From assembly GCA_963662435.1 (NCBI GenBank), contig OY759598.1, positions 2,202,507 through 2,266,506 on the forward strand: a DNA stretch of 64,000 nt. The letters are read 5' to 3'. The stretch is from Dehalococcoidia bacterium (GTDB lineage: Bacteria > Chloroflexota > Dehalococcoidia > Lucifugimonadales > VXLM01). The notes below the pieces were generated by a model, which worked only from the letters and a program-made list of their open reading frames with translations, was not told the DNA's origin and searched no databases. Shown piece by piece: positions 19,360 through 29,012 of this stretch. Numbering within the stretch: the first letter of the stretch is position 1; each line of letters begins with the position of its first letter. Position numbers and translations under genes: made by a program.

Positions 19360-20168
19360 ACACACTGTTGCGGCGTTCCATCCTCCAATTGGCGGCTCTT
19401 GGCTTTCTTACGATCGTTGTCGTTGCCGGGAGCGCATCCGCGCAAGGGCCATTGGACGCCGACCGAATGGCCGGGGCAAACGAGCGATACGAGCGTGGAG
19501 AGTACGCTGAGGCCGCCCAGCAGTACGAGGCGCTTGTTGAAAGGGGATATGGAACCGCCGCCGTCTACTTCAACCTGGGCAACGCCTACTTCCAGGAGGG
19601 CGACCTCGGTAGAGCCATCCTGAACTACCTTCGTGCACGCGAGAAGTCTCCCCGAGACGCTGATATCAGGAGCAACCTCGACCTGGCCCGTGCCATGACG
19701 GTGGACCGCATCGCGGCGGAGAGAGGCTCGCTGATCGAGAGCGTGTCCTTCGTAGGTAGACGGTGGGCAACTCCAAGCGAACTGGGAGTCGCAGCCCTCC
19801 TGCTGTGGGCGGCAAGCGGTCTGTTCATTGGGGCTCTCTTCGTGTGGCGGACCTTCCACCTCAGGCGCTTAATTCGCGCCATAGCGGCCAGCCTGACGGT
19901 TGCCACTCTTGCGTCCTTCATCCTTCTCGTGAGCATGATCCTGGCCAATCCGTATGACAACACCGGCGTCGTAATCGCCGAGTCCGTCGATGTCGTGAGC
20001 GGGCCTGGGCGGCAGTACGCCGAGGAGTTCACCCTACACAGCGGCGCGCAGGTCCGCTTGGACGACTCCCGTCACGGGTGGGTGAGAATCGCGCTCCCCG
20101 GTGGAGAGCTTCAGGGTTGGGTGCCGGCTCACGCCATTGAGAAGGTGGGGCGCGTAGACGGCGGGTAA
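19356..20168 (+). CDS. batE: BatE-like TPR + SH3 protein
   Basis: YFNLGNAY, GRAILNYLRA, FTLHSG..V..GWVRIALPGG..GWVP. Confidence 0.82.
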   Translation: MNTLLRRSILQLAALGFLTIVVVAGSASAQGPLDADRMAGANERYERGEYAEAAQQYEALVERGYGTAAVYFNLGNAYFQEGDLGRAILNYLRAREKSPRDADIRSNLDLARAMTVDRIAAERGSLIESVSFVGRRWATPSELGVAALLLWAASGLFIGALFVWRTFHLRRLIRAIAASLTVATLASFILLVSMILANPYDNTGVVIAESVDVVSGPGRQYAEEFTLHSGAQVRLDDSRHGWVRIALPGGELQGWVPAHAIEKVGRVDGG

Positions 20169-20197
20169 GCCAAAACCGCAAGGTAACGATTCGGCCG

Positions 20198-21118
20198 CTA
20201 TCTAGCACCTGCATCAACTAGAATACGCACAATCGCGACATTGCCTTGCGAGGTCGCTGTCTGCAGGGGGGATTTGCCCCCGGCGTCTCTAGCGTTAACG
20301 TCCGCCTTTGCATCGACGAGGATTCTCACAATTTCAATTTTGCCCTCCCGAATCGCCCGGTAAAGGACTGGATTTTCTTCGCTATCTCTTGAATTAACGT
20401 CCGCTCCGGCATTGACGAGGATTCTCACAATTTCATTTTTGCCGTCCACGACCGCCCTGTGGAGAGGCAGCCCACCGCCGGGACACTCTAAATTAACATC
20501 TATCTGCTCCCCACCAGCGATGGATCTCACTATAGCTATAGTCGAACTCGCGATGGCATCACAGAGGGCAGTATTGTCAGGAGGGCCGGGGGTAGCTGTT
20601 GGTTCAGGCGTGGATGTCGCAGTGGACGTGGCCGTTGGTTCGGGCGTGGCCGTCGCAGTAGCCGTCGCAGTGGACGTGGCCGTAGGTTCGGGCGTGGATG
20701 TCGCAGTAGCCGTCGCAGTGGACGTGGCCGTTGGTTCGGGTGTGGATGTAGGTGTCGGCTCAGGCGTGGCCGTAGGTTCGGGTGTAGGCGTGGGTGTCGG
20801 TTCAGGCGTAGGTGTCGGTTCGGGTGTGGGCGTGGGCGACGGCTCGGGCGTGGCCGTAGGTTCAGGTGTAGGCGTGGGAGTAGGTTGAGGGGTTGGATCA
20901 AACACTCTCTCATCGGGGCGATCATCGGCTCCCGGACGCAGGGCAGTAGGAGTCGGCGTAAAAATGGTGGTTGAGACAAACTCGGGTGCAGGGGTATTGG
21001 TCGGAGTCGGATCGCCCGCGACGATGCCGCAGGCCAAGATCACCGGCAAGACGACCACAAACACAGTCAGTTGCCAGACCCGGATCAATGGTCCTGTGAC
21101 AATGCCGGTGGCACCCAT
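20198..21118 (-). CDS. Putative lipoprotein with P/T-rich linker and C-terminal ankyrin repeats
   Basis: ILACG lipobox-like; (PTPTPE/TATAT)n linker; PLHRAV..G..EIVRILVNAGADVN repeated; start moved to ATG 21118. Confidence 0.85.
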   Translation of the reverse strand: MGATGIVTGPLIRVWQLTVFVVVLPVILACGIVAGDPTPTNTPAPEFVSTTIFTPTPTALRPGADDRPDERVFDPTPQPTPTPTPEPTATPEPSPTPTPEPTPTPEPTPTPTPEPTATPEPTPTSTPEPTATSTATATATSTPEPTATSTATATATATPEPTATSTATSTPEPTATPGPPDNTALCDAIASSTIAIVRSIAGGEQIDVNLECPGGGLPLHRAVVDGKNEIVRILVNAGADVNSRDSEENPVLYRAIREGKIEIVRILVDAKADVNARDAGGKSPLQTATSQGNVAIVRILVDAGAR

Positions 21119-22296
21119 TCTTGCGTCTTCCCTCAAATTGCCTCGACGCTCTCTATCCATCGACCGCTTGAATAAACTCGCGTAAACCGGCGAGTGCTCG
21201 GCTACTCGCGGTCCCCGGCACCGGATTCTAGCATTCCTATCCAACGTTACCTAGCCCGCCGCAGCTTCCTGGGAGTTGTCGGGTAAGGTTGCTGATAACA
21301 GCGCTGGAGGTGGGCGCAGAGGGAGGGACGTTTACCTCACCACTATTCGGTTCGGCGATTAGATTGAGACCGTCAGCATTCTTTGACATGAAGCGCGGCA
21401 ACCTACCTACGGTGATAATATCTCGCTAGCGGACAAGACTGCTCTTGAGCAGGCGTCATCATGACTTGGACGCCAAGGAATCTGTCAATTCCGACTCGGG
21501 CTACCCGGGCCATAGGGTAGGTCGGCCCAAGCCATCCCGACGGAGGCACTAGTACATGGGACCGTTGGTTGCAACGATTGTGCGCCTGATCGTGCCCTTG
21601 TTGATCCTCAGGTGGCCTTTGGGAGGGCTGATCGCATCGGTGATAGCGGACACCCTCGACGTTGTGATAATTGCGGCCATTCGCTCAGGCATGTTCGACG
21701 ACTACACGAGTATGGACAAACTGCTGGACACGTATATGCTTGCTTTCGCTTTACTCGTTTCGTTGCGATGGGAAAATCCGATCGCCAAATTTGCCAGCAT
21801 TGCGCTTTTCGGGTATAGGGTGGTGGGAGTAGCCATACTTCAGTTTACCGACGCCCGTTGGGTCCTGTTCGTGTTCCCGAGCGTGTTCGACTTCTTCTAC
21901 GTATATCACTTGGTAACTACCAGGTGGTTTCCTGCTCTGGAGGTCAATGGATACCGCAAGTTGGCTTGTGTCTTGCTGATTCTGACCGGGATGAAGCTCG
22001 TTCAAGAGTTCATCCTTCATATCGTCGAGTTTCGTCCACTGTGCTGGATGAATTGGCACGTAAGCGAAACCGTCAAGGCAGGGCCGGGTTCAGTAGCGGC
22101 AACTGTGTGGATAAAGTCGAAGGAGTACGTTTTGCCTTTTGGCAGTCGAATCTGGGAAATCGAGCGAGCGTTCGTTCTTGGAATGGGAATTATATACTTG
22201 ACTTCGCGCCATGTCAACCCTAGCACGCCCGTTTGAGTTGCACGGACTCGCTCGAATGGTGTACAAACACCGTCAATTGTCTAGGGGGGCTGCTAG

Positions 22297-23703
22297 ATGA
22301 GGACGCCGAACTTCGTCAACCGAACGCTATGGACCGGAGACAATCTCGATATCCTCCGGGGGATGAACTCCGAGACCGTAGACCTCATCTATCTCGACCC
22401 GCCCTTCAACTCGAACCGCAACTATGAGGCCCCAGTAGGGAGCAAGGCGGCAGGCGCGGCCTTCAAGGATACGTGGTCGCTCAGTGACCTTGATGTTGCA
22501 TGGATGGGGCTGATAGCGGATGAACGGCCCGCGATTGCCCATACGTTGAAAGCAGCGGGGTTCAGCCACGGCAAGGGGATGCAGTCCTATCTCACGATGA
22601 TGGCAGTCCGCTTGCTGGAGATGCACCGCGTTCTCAAGCCTACGGGCAGCATCTACCTTCACTGTGACCCGACGGCCTCTCACTACCTCAAACAGCTCAT
22701 GGATGCGGTGTTCGGGGTGAAGGAATATCGGAATGAGATTAGTTGGAAGCGTACTACCACGAAGGGAGACTATCGACAGGGAGCGACCAATTGGCCCCGC
22801 GTTAGAGACATAGTCCTCTGCTATGGGAAAGACGCTCGGCAATCCCAGTACTATCAACAGTTTGTGCCTTACTCGGACGAATACATTGAGCGTTCTTATC
22901 GCCATATTGAATCAGAAACAGGTCGGCATTATCGGCTCGACAACTTAGCTGCTCCGGGTGGGGGAACACGCGGACACCCGCAGTACACGTTTCTGGGAGT
23001 AACTCGGTTTTGGCGATATAACGCAGAGAAGATGCAAGCCTTGTATGAGGCGGGCAGGGTCATACAAACTGGGCCGGGTAGAGTGCCGGCCTATAAGCGT
23101 TACCTTGACGAAATGCCAGGAGTTGCGATTGGTGATAGTTGGGACGACATCCCCCCAGTGCAAGGGGCAGCCAAAGAGCGTGTCGGTTATCCCACGCAGA
23201 AGCCACTAGCCCTGCTTGAGCGGATCATCCAGGCATCCAGTAACCCCGGCGACGTGGTGTTAGATCCGTTCGCAGGGTGTGCCACGACGTGCGTAGCTGC
23301 CGACAAATTGGAGCGGCAATGGGTAGGGATCGACATATCGCCTACAGCCGTAGACCTCGTGAACACGCGCCTACAGGACACTATGGGGAGTCTGTTTCAT
23401 CATGGATACGTCACGGCTCGGACGGACATTCCCAAACGGACTGACATCGACGCTCCAAAGAACTACCGTAAGCAGGCTCATGTATTGTTCGGCCAACAGG
23501 AGGGGGTATGCGGAGGGTGTCAGAGAGACTTCCCGTTCCGCAACTTCACTATCGACCACGTCATACCTCAGAGCCGGGGCGGAACGAATCATTTGGAGAA
23601 CCTACAGCTGTTATGCGGGGCCTGCAACAGCATGAAGGGTGACCGCCCTATGGAGTATCTCATAGCGCGGTTGCAAGAGAATCACATTCTACAACCAGCG
23701 TGA
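22297..23703 (+). CDS. N4/N6 DNA methyltransferase (beta-class motif order) fused to a C-terminal HNH endonuclease
   Basis: LIYLDPPF, YPTQKP, VLDPFAGCATT; C-terminal CGGC..IDHVIPQSRGG.NHLENLQLLCGACN. Confidence 0.9.
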   Translation: MRTPNFVNRTLWTGDNLDILRGMNSETVDLIYLDPPFNSNRNYEAPVGSKAAGAAFKDTWSLSDLDVAWMGLIADERPAIAHTLKAAGFSHGKGMQSYLTMMAVRLLEMHRVLKPTGSIYLHCDPTASHYLKQLMDAVFGVKEYRNEISWKRTTTKGDYRQGATNWPRVRDIVLCYGKDARQSQYYQQFVPYSDEYIERSYRHIESETGRHYRLDNLAAPGGGTRGHPQYTFLGVTRFWRYNAEKMQALYEAGRVIQTGPGRVPAYKRYLDEMPGVAIGDSWDDIPPVQGAAKERVGYPTQKPLALLERIIQASSNPGDVVLDPFAGCATTCVAADKLERQWVGIDISPTAVDLVNTRLQDTMGSLFHHGYVTARTDIPKRTDIDAPKNYRKQAHVLFGQQEGVCGGCQRDFPFRNFTIDHVIPQSRGGTNHLENLQLLCGACNSMKGDRPMEYLIARLQENHILQPA

Positions 23704-23721
23704 CCGAGGGAGACATGCAAC

Positions 23722-23889
23722 ATGGAGAAATTCGACCAGAAGACGATGGACCGCGTGACCAAGAAGGTGCTGGCATTCAGTCCCAAGAAGGACCGGAAGC
23801 CCAGGGGGAAGCCGGCGTCTAGTCGACAACCAGATCTCCCAGGCCCAGGTCACGCAATGTCTTCTCCAGTGACCCGCGCTCACGAGTAG
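23722..23889 (+). CDS. Small basic hypothetical protein inside the IS (55 aa)
   Basis: MEKFDQKTMDRVTKKVLAFSPKKDRK...; purine-rich RBS upstream; below the ORF-track cutoff; overlaps a convergent ORF. Confidence 0.35.
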   Translation: MEKFDQKTMDRVTKKVLAFSPKKDRKPRGKPASSRQPDLPGPGHAMSSPVTRAHE

Positions 23890-24160
23890 TCCGCTGAAGG
23901 TCTTGAAGCTGCGCCTCAAGTCGTGCAACGTCAAGCGTCGGGATGGTTTCGTCGTGCTGCGCGAAAACGATGGGGTTATGTATCGTGACGATGATTTGAC
24001 CATTCCTGACGGCAACACGTTCCGGCCCAGATTGTAGCGCTTCGCTCAACTTCGATAGGGCCTTCCCCATGTCTGCAAGGTCTTTCAGCACGCACGCGAG
24101 ATGTTTTCGGTTGTCCGTGTACTCGACGACGGCCTTCCCGATGGTGTCGTTATCGCTCAT
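23819..24160 (-). CDS. Hypothetical coiled-coil protein, IS passenger
   Basis: 113-aa ORF coupled (ATGA overlap) to the transposase stop. Confidence 0.6.
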   Translation of the reverse strand: MSDNDTIGKAVVEYTDNRKHLACVLKDLADMGKALSKLSEALQSGPERVAVRNGQIIVTIHNPIVFAQHDETIPTLDVARLEAQLQDLQRTTRERGSLEKTLRDLGLGDLVVD

Positions 24161-25083
24161 GCTATCAACTCCCTGTAGGTGAGCCTCTTGCCGATTGCGC
24201 CCTGTACGAGGCTTTCAAGTCGCTTCATCGTATGCCGTGATACGTTGCCCTCGTTCAGCCGGAAGGTGAACTCATTGACGTACCGTGCCATATGCTTGAA
24301 GCTCCACTGATGGTACACGCCGTTGTATCCGCGTTTCAGGACTGCCCAAACACTCTCGATACCGTTCGTGGATGCCATACCGTTCACGAATTCCTTGACG
24401 CTGTGCTTGACCGTCTCGTGCTGGTACCGCTCTCCGAACTGCCTGTAGGCGGCATGTTCGTCGGTGTAGATCGTTGCGCCAGGCTCAACGCCGTGGAACA
24501 CTTCGCGGCCAATGCTCTCGGTCGTGGTGTCCGATATTGGCATGGCGCTCACCCTGCCGTTGCGCTGTCGCATACCCAGGACGGGCTGCTTCCCAACTGG
24601 ACCGCGTCCGGCGTGCTGCTTCTTCGACTCATGCCGGTTCGCCTCTCTGCCCCCGATGAAGGTCTCGTCAATCTCGACCTCACCACTGAGGGGAGTCGCC
24701 TCTATGTCACAGGCAGCCCGTAGCCTATGGAGCATGAACCAGGTCGCCTTTTGCGTGATGCCGAGTTCCTTCGAGAGTTGGAGGCTCGAGACGCCCTTGC
24801 GGGCTGTTTGGAGTATATACATACCGTAGAGCCACTTGTCCAACGGGATATGAGATCGCTCGAATATCGTTCCTGTCCGAACGGTGAACTTCTTCCGGCA
24901 GTCCTTGCACTGATGGTACTGGTATGCCCGTTGCCGCGAAGTCCTGTCGCCGTCGCAGTGCGGACACTGGATAGCCCCGTCGGGCCAACGGATACCCTCA
25001 ATGTACTCTAGGGCTGTGCGCTCATCGGGGAACGTCTTGAAGAACTCATACGCGCTGATTGTGACCCCGCCGTCGCGTCCCAT
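24157..25083 (-). CDS. IS1595 family transposase
   Basis: N-terminal Zn ribbon CPHC..CKDC, SSLQL..LGITQK.W HTH, VEIDETFIGG, IYTDE, TNGIESVW, YVNEFTFR. Confidence 0.95.
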   Translation of the reverse strand: MGRDGGVTISAYEFFKTFPDERTALEYIEGIRWPDGAIQCPHCDGDRTSRQRAYQYHQCKDCRKKFTVRTGTIFERSHIPLDKWLYGMYILQTARKGVSSLQLSKELGITQKATWFMLHRLRAACDIEATPLSGEVEIDETFIGGREANRHESKKQHAGRGPVGKQPVLGMRQRNGRVSAMPISDTTTESIGREVFHGVEPGATIYTDEHAAYRQFGERYQHETVKHSVKEFVNGMASTNGIESVWAVLKRGYNGVYHQWSFKHMARYVNEFTFRLNEGNVSRHTMKRLESLVQGAIGKRLTYRELIA

Positions 25084-25300
25084 TTGTATCACCTGTTTCC
25101 TAGTCTAAAGACAGTTTACTACAGGCGTTTTGCGAAGTCAAGTATATAATTCCCCTTGGAATCACCAAGCACGCACCGGATATTGGGTTCCAGTTCGGAG
25201 TCGCGGCTAACCGCGAATCGCTGGTTATGCGTCTGACCGAATTCGTAGTGGAGAGGGCCCCGCAGGTGAGCGAGTACGAACCTCAGTGCATTCGTTTCAG

Positions 25301-26479
25301 ATGAGGAGAACTTCAGACTCACTGCCATCCGTCTTGCTGATTGCGATATGCGTGACCGGGTTGTCCTGGCAGGTCCTCCTAACAGCATTCGCGGTTGTGG
25401 TTGCTCTTGCATCCATCTCGGGCTCCCAAGAGACAGAATCACGCTATGAAGGACTCGATGGAACAACCGGCGTCATGGACTGTCTCCCGCCCATCGGAGG
25501 TACGGATTCCGTCGAATCGAAACTTCAAGCCTTAAGCTGCATTGGTCTGCACACATCCTACAGCACGTGGGCAATCCAATCAGACTCCCTAGCGGACTGT
25601 ATCGCCGGACCGACAACAAGGTCACAGCCTGTCGCAATCGAGAAGACATGCGCCTGGCTGAAACTTGGCAATTGGAGATGCTCCATGCTGCCATTCGTCA
25701 AGGCCAAGACACTACTCACAGCATGCAGAAGGCACGACCTGAACTATGCAACCCTTCAGTCCCTAGGTGGAAATGGAGATTCTCACGAGCCGGCCTCCAT
25801 CGAAGTGAACCCGTCCTTACTCCAGTATTTGGATGGAGATGAGGGTTTTCACAAGCTTGATGAGTTCTGGAACCCAAGGAACAAACATCTTGCAGATGCC
25901 CGGTTTAGAGACGACCTCAGAGAGCTTTCAGGGAATGCGCCGTGGCCCATCAACCAAGGCGTAGTGAGTGTAAGTGGTCTCTTGCACTGGTACGCGAACA
26001 AGGCGAACAACAAGACCTGGCCGGTTACGGTTCACGACATAGAGGACATACGGAATCACCCCTATTTTCGAATGTGCGATGTTCCAACCGTGAAAGACGT
26101 CAAAGTCAATCTTCGCGGTCGCACCGCATACGTTGAATGGACTTATTCGCCAGGATGTGTCGAAGGGACCGAAGCCGACAGATTTAGAGTATGTTGGAAG
26201 GTCGATCTGCCAGCTCACCTATACGTTGCGTATCCCCGCGCCTTGTCCCAATTCTGCCGACATGTGGACGGGGATGTCACTGAGGCGGAGTTCACCGTTC
26301 CGTCGGTGATCTTGGGCTGGCGGTCGGTCAAGCTGGTATCGGTGGAAGTTAGACCGGACGATATTGCGTACGGGGGACCAATAGGGTCGGAAGCGATCCT
26401 CGGCAACAGACTGCTGGATCCCGTCTTTGGTGGTGCCTACTACCCAGCTAAGAAATTGGATTTGGTCGTCTCGCGATAG
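25301..26479 (+). CDS. Secreted protein with a prokaryotic phospholipase A2-like motif and a C-terminal beta-sandwich
   Basis: ACRRHDLNY...KHLADARFRDDL resembles the PLA2 His-Asp signature; N-terminal hydrophobic segment. Confidence 0.6.
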   Translation: MRRTSDSLPSVLLIAICVTGLSWQVLLTAFAVVVALASISGSQETESRYEGLDGTTGVMDCLPPIGGTDSVESKLQALSCIGLHTSYSTWAIQSDSLADCIAGPTTRSQPVAIEKTCAWLKLGNWRCSMLPFVKAKTLLTACRRHDLNYATLQSLGGNGDSHEPASIEVNPSLLQYLDGDEGFHKLDEFWNPRNKHLADARFRDDLRELSGNAPWPINQGVVSVSGLLHWYANKANNKTWPVTVHDIEDIRNHPYFRMCDVPTVKDVKVNLRGRTAYVEWTYSPGCVEGTEADRFRVCWKVDLPAHLYVAYPRALSQFCRHVDGDVTEAEFTVPSVILGWRSVKLVSVEVRPDDIAYGGPIGSEAILGNRLLDPVFGGAYYPAKKLDLVVSR

Positions 26480-26632
26480 GAATCTCTTCGCTTTTCCAGC
26501 CTGTACCGGTCAATACGGCGTCAAGCTAAATTTTTGCGCAATAGGCCACCGAGAAACTGTTGATGCCTCGCTGAGAGGGGATGCAGAAATTGGACGTCAA
26601 CTGCCAAGTCATAGACCGGACGCAGCCTAGTC

Positions 26633-27016
26633 CTAATAATCGAAGCTAAGGAGGGCCAGGACAGGTAAGACCACAAAGATGGAAAATAGAGCAATGCCTA
26701 TGCCAAATGAGACCCACGCCCAGAGCTTGGCCTGCTCTGATGACCGCTCTGCCCCATCCATGTCTCCGTTGGCGATCTGTCCGTTGACTTTGGCGGCGTA
26801 CACGATGGACACAATGCCAGTAGGCAGGCAACAGAAGATAGTTGTGAGGATGGCGGGTACCAGATAGTTGGGAACGTGAGGCGACGGTCCGGTGATTCCT
26901 GGGTCCTTGGGATCACCTCCGCTTGTTTCCAGCTCTGGTTCAGTAACGGCTTTGCCGCAACTCTTGCAGAACCTTGCATCATCATAGTTCTCGGAACCAC
27001 AGTTTATGCAATACAT
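26633..27016 (-). CDS. Zinc-ribbon + CD225/dispanin (IFITM-like) protein
   Basis: MYCINCG..FCKSCG; PNYLVPAILTTIFCCLPTGIVSIVYAAKV..GD..GA..S..AK. Confidence 0.9.
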   Translation of the reverse strand: MYCINCGSENYDDARFCKSCGKAVTEPELETSGGDPKDPGITGPSPHVPNYLVPAILTTIFCCLPTGIVSIVYAAKVNGQIANGDMDGAERSSEQAKLWAWVSFGIGIALFSIFVVLPVLALLSFDY

Positions 27017-27392
27017 GATGCCTCACGTTCTCCAGCTGCACAGTAGCAGACACTAGGCGAACGGCATGGCGTGCAGCTAAAACGCTATTATGGCAGACCC
27101 CAAGGCAGTCGGCGAGTTAATAGATTTAACGGTCGGGAACACGGATGAAGGCAGACATACAGCCGACCAACTCGGTGTGTGTCGGTCAAGGACTTTTGCC
27201 ACTACCCTTATAGGGTGCTAAGCGTCTCTCAGCACAAGATGCAACACAAGTATGGCCTACAGCCTGAGTGAAAGCACTGCGTCGTGAAGGGAAGGCGGTC
27301 TAGCCTATAGTTGTGACTCTGCTTGAGGCTGTTGCCGAGCAAAATCGTGCCGGCCAGATGCCTCAACCGGAGTTCAGTTTCCTAAATTGGCA

Positions 27393-27515
27393 CCTCCCAC
27401 CGAAAAGTTCGCAGTACAGTATGCCCCGGCTCACCAGCTACGGTATCTGCAACTCGGAACGAGTTCGGAACGGCGCAGCGGCTTCGTAGACTGCTTCCCG
27501 ATGGTTCGAGTCCCC
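27393..27515 (+). repeat. att-like junction 2 (P-P' type)
   Basis: GTTCG-CAGTAC-AGT-N12-ACCA (27407-27436), then GCTACGG...CAGCGGCTTCGTAGACTGC...GTTCGAGTCCCC. Confidence 0.78.
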
Positions 27516-27639
27516 GTTACCCTTAGCCCCAGTGGAAGTGCCCGTCGATGCGGGCTTCGGGGCTCTTAGCCCTATGTGACCTTTTCCCAAGAGGTTGTTC
27601 GAAGAGATCAATCGGCCGCCGTTGGAGGGGCGCGAGCTC

Positions 27640-28164
27640 CTATCTTCGTCTGTTCCGTCTGTAGTGAGTCCGCCCCTTATACGTGATGCCGGCTAGCACC
27701 GCAACGGCCGCAACCAGCATGACAACGATGCCTACTCCCGAAAGGATGTCCGCCACGGATTGTGCCGTCCGAAGGCCGAAGGTGAATCCAAGGAAGGCAC
27801 CAACGTTGATGCTGGCAACGATGGCAATGCCACTCCAGATCAGCCCAATTCTTGGAGCCACCGGAAGGCGGCTCATGGAAAGGTGGAGCCAATGTGAACG
27901 GAGGGAGACGGCGGCTATCGCTGTCACGGTGATAGTGGCGGCCGCAACAGCCACAGCCCCCACAAGGGCAAGAATGTTGATGACTGGCCGTGCCTCCCAG
28001 ATGCCGAAGACGCAACCAGCCATGCCACTACCAACGAATGCGATACCACACCACACAACTGCTCTGCCTAAGTTCATTTTGTGAGACCCATTTTCCAAAT
28101 GTTCGCTCGGCCCGGTCTGTCCCTCCGCTATGTTAGCCCCGTCGGGGTGTGACCCGCCCTCCAC
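27640..28164 (-). CDS. Hypothetical 4-TM membrane protein with an internal duplication
   Basis: Four hydrophobic helices in two similar halves (W.GIA.V.S...G...G). Confidence 0.6.
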   Translation of the reverse strand: MEGGSHPDGANIAEGQTGPSEHLENGSHKMNLGRAVVWCGIAFVGSGMAGCVFGIWEARPVINILALVGAVAVAAATITVTAIAAVSLRSHWLHLSMSRLPVAPRIGLIWSGIAIVASINVGAFLGFTFGLRTAQSVADILSGVGIVVMLVAAVAVLAGITYKGRTHYRRNRRR

Positions 28165-28482
28165 GATATTGAAATCGTGGTCCTTGGAGGAGTGAGTGCC
28201 AGTTACTCTCCGCCCAGGACCACTAAGGCTGTTTGACTGTGCCTCCGGCCTGCGCTAGTGTGTCATTGGATGTGGCACAGTAGCAGCTTCAGGCCGACTC
28301 GGCGAAGGATGCAATGTACGAATGGGAGACCTTCGGACGCTTGTTATCGTCGGGATACTTGGCGCGATCACGTACTCCTATTTCGTGTACGTCCGTCCCG
28401 TCTTCGGAAAAAACCTATCTACTGCTATGGCGCTCCTGGTCTTCCTCCTCCTCCTTGTGTTAGTCGTCTGCCGGGGCGTGGT

Positions 28483-28847
28483 CTAATCTTGCTGGCTCCC
28501 TTCGAAGATGCTATTGCGGCGGTCCTTCTCGTTCTCGGTCGACCTCTCCGTGTGCTGGTAGTTATTGTGGCCCAGCTCGGAGCTTCGCTCACCGCGAAAC
28601 TTGGGCAGAAACTTTCAGTCGTAGTCGACTATGCGGATGCTCCCGTCCCTTTGGACCAAGACGTTGCCATGCTGCAGGTGGCTATGGGCTATACGCAACC
28701 CTCTAAGGCTTGCAGTCGGGCCACTACGCCAATGCGCGGCTACGCGACGGTTGAGCGATACTTCCCCGGCTGCGAGTTCGGTGCCCTTGAAGCACAGGTG
28801 GGGTTCTGGACCGCCTGGCTGAATTCGGTTAACCCTGGCCATGGCAT
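28483..28847 (-). pseudogene. Internally deleted, frameshifted copy of the TerY-P kinase gene
   Basis: MPWPGLTEFSQAVQNP / LCFKGTELAAGEVSLN joined to RVAAHWRSGPTASLRGLRIAH..HGNVLVQ; upstream CCTTCGCCTCACCTCGCGCGGTTC identical to ~32735-32758. Confidence 0.88.
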
Positions 28848-29012
28848 GGCCTTCGCCTCACCTCGCGCGGTTCCAAAATGACTCCAGACCTAGATGAAGG
28901 TCTCAGGTCTACAGGCGATTTCAGCCGTTTCGGGTAGAAAGCGATGGGCACCTACAGATAGGCGACGCCTGTTCGTTCAAGGTTGGAATGAGTGGAGGAT
29001 CGGGCTACCGGT

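Larger units (their letters stand above)
22185..25154 (-). mobile_element. IS1595-family element with passenger genes (2970 bp)
   Basis: Perfect 23-bp TIR GGGAATTATATACTTGACTTCGC (22185-22207 / 25132-25154); 8-bp TSD CTTGGAAT (22177-22184 / 25155-25162). Confidence 0.95.
21556..25304 (+). pseudogene. Membrane protein gene interrupted near its 3' end by the IS1595 element (parts 21556-22184 and 25163-25304)
   Basis: Removing the IS and one TSD gives a continuous frame ...FVLGITKHAPDIG...CIRFR* whose TGA overlaps the ATG of the next gene (ATGA at 25301). Confidence 0.8.

Noticed and set aside
20590..20890. Short tandem repeats as a VNTR or CRISPR-like array
   Set aside because: They encode the P/T-rich linker of the ankyrin protein; the same applies to the AP repeat at ~48284-48372.
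28258..28881. 207-aa plus-strand ORF
   Set aside because: Mostly the antisense of the kinase pseudogene.
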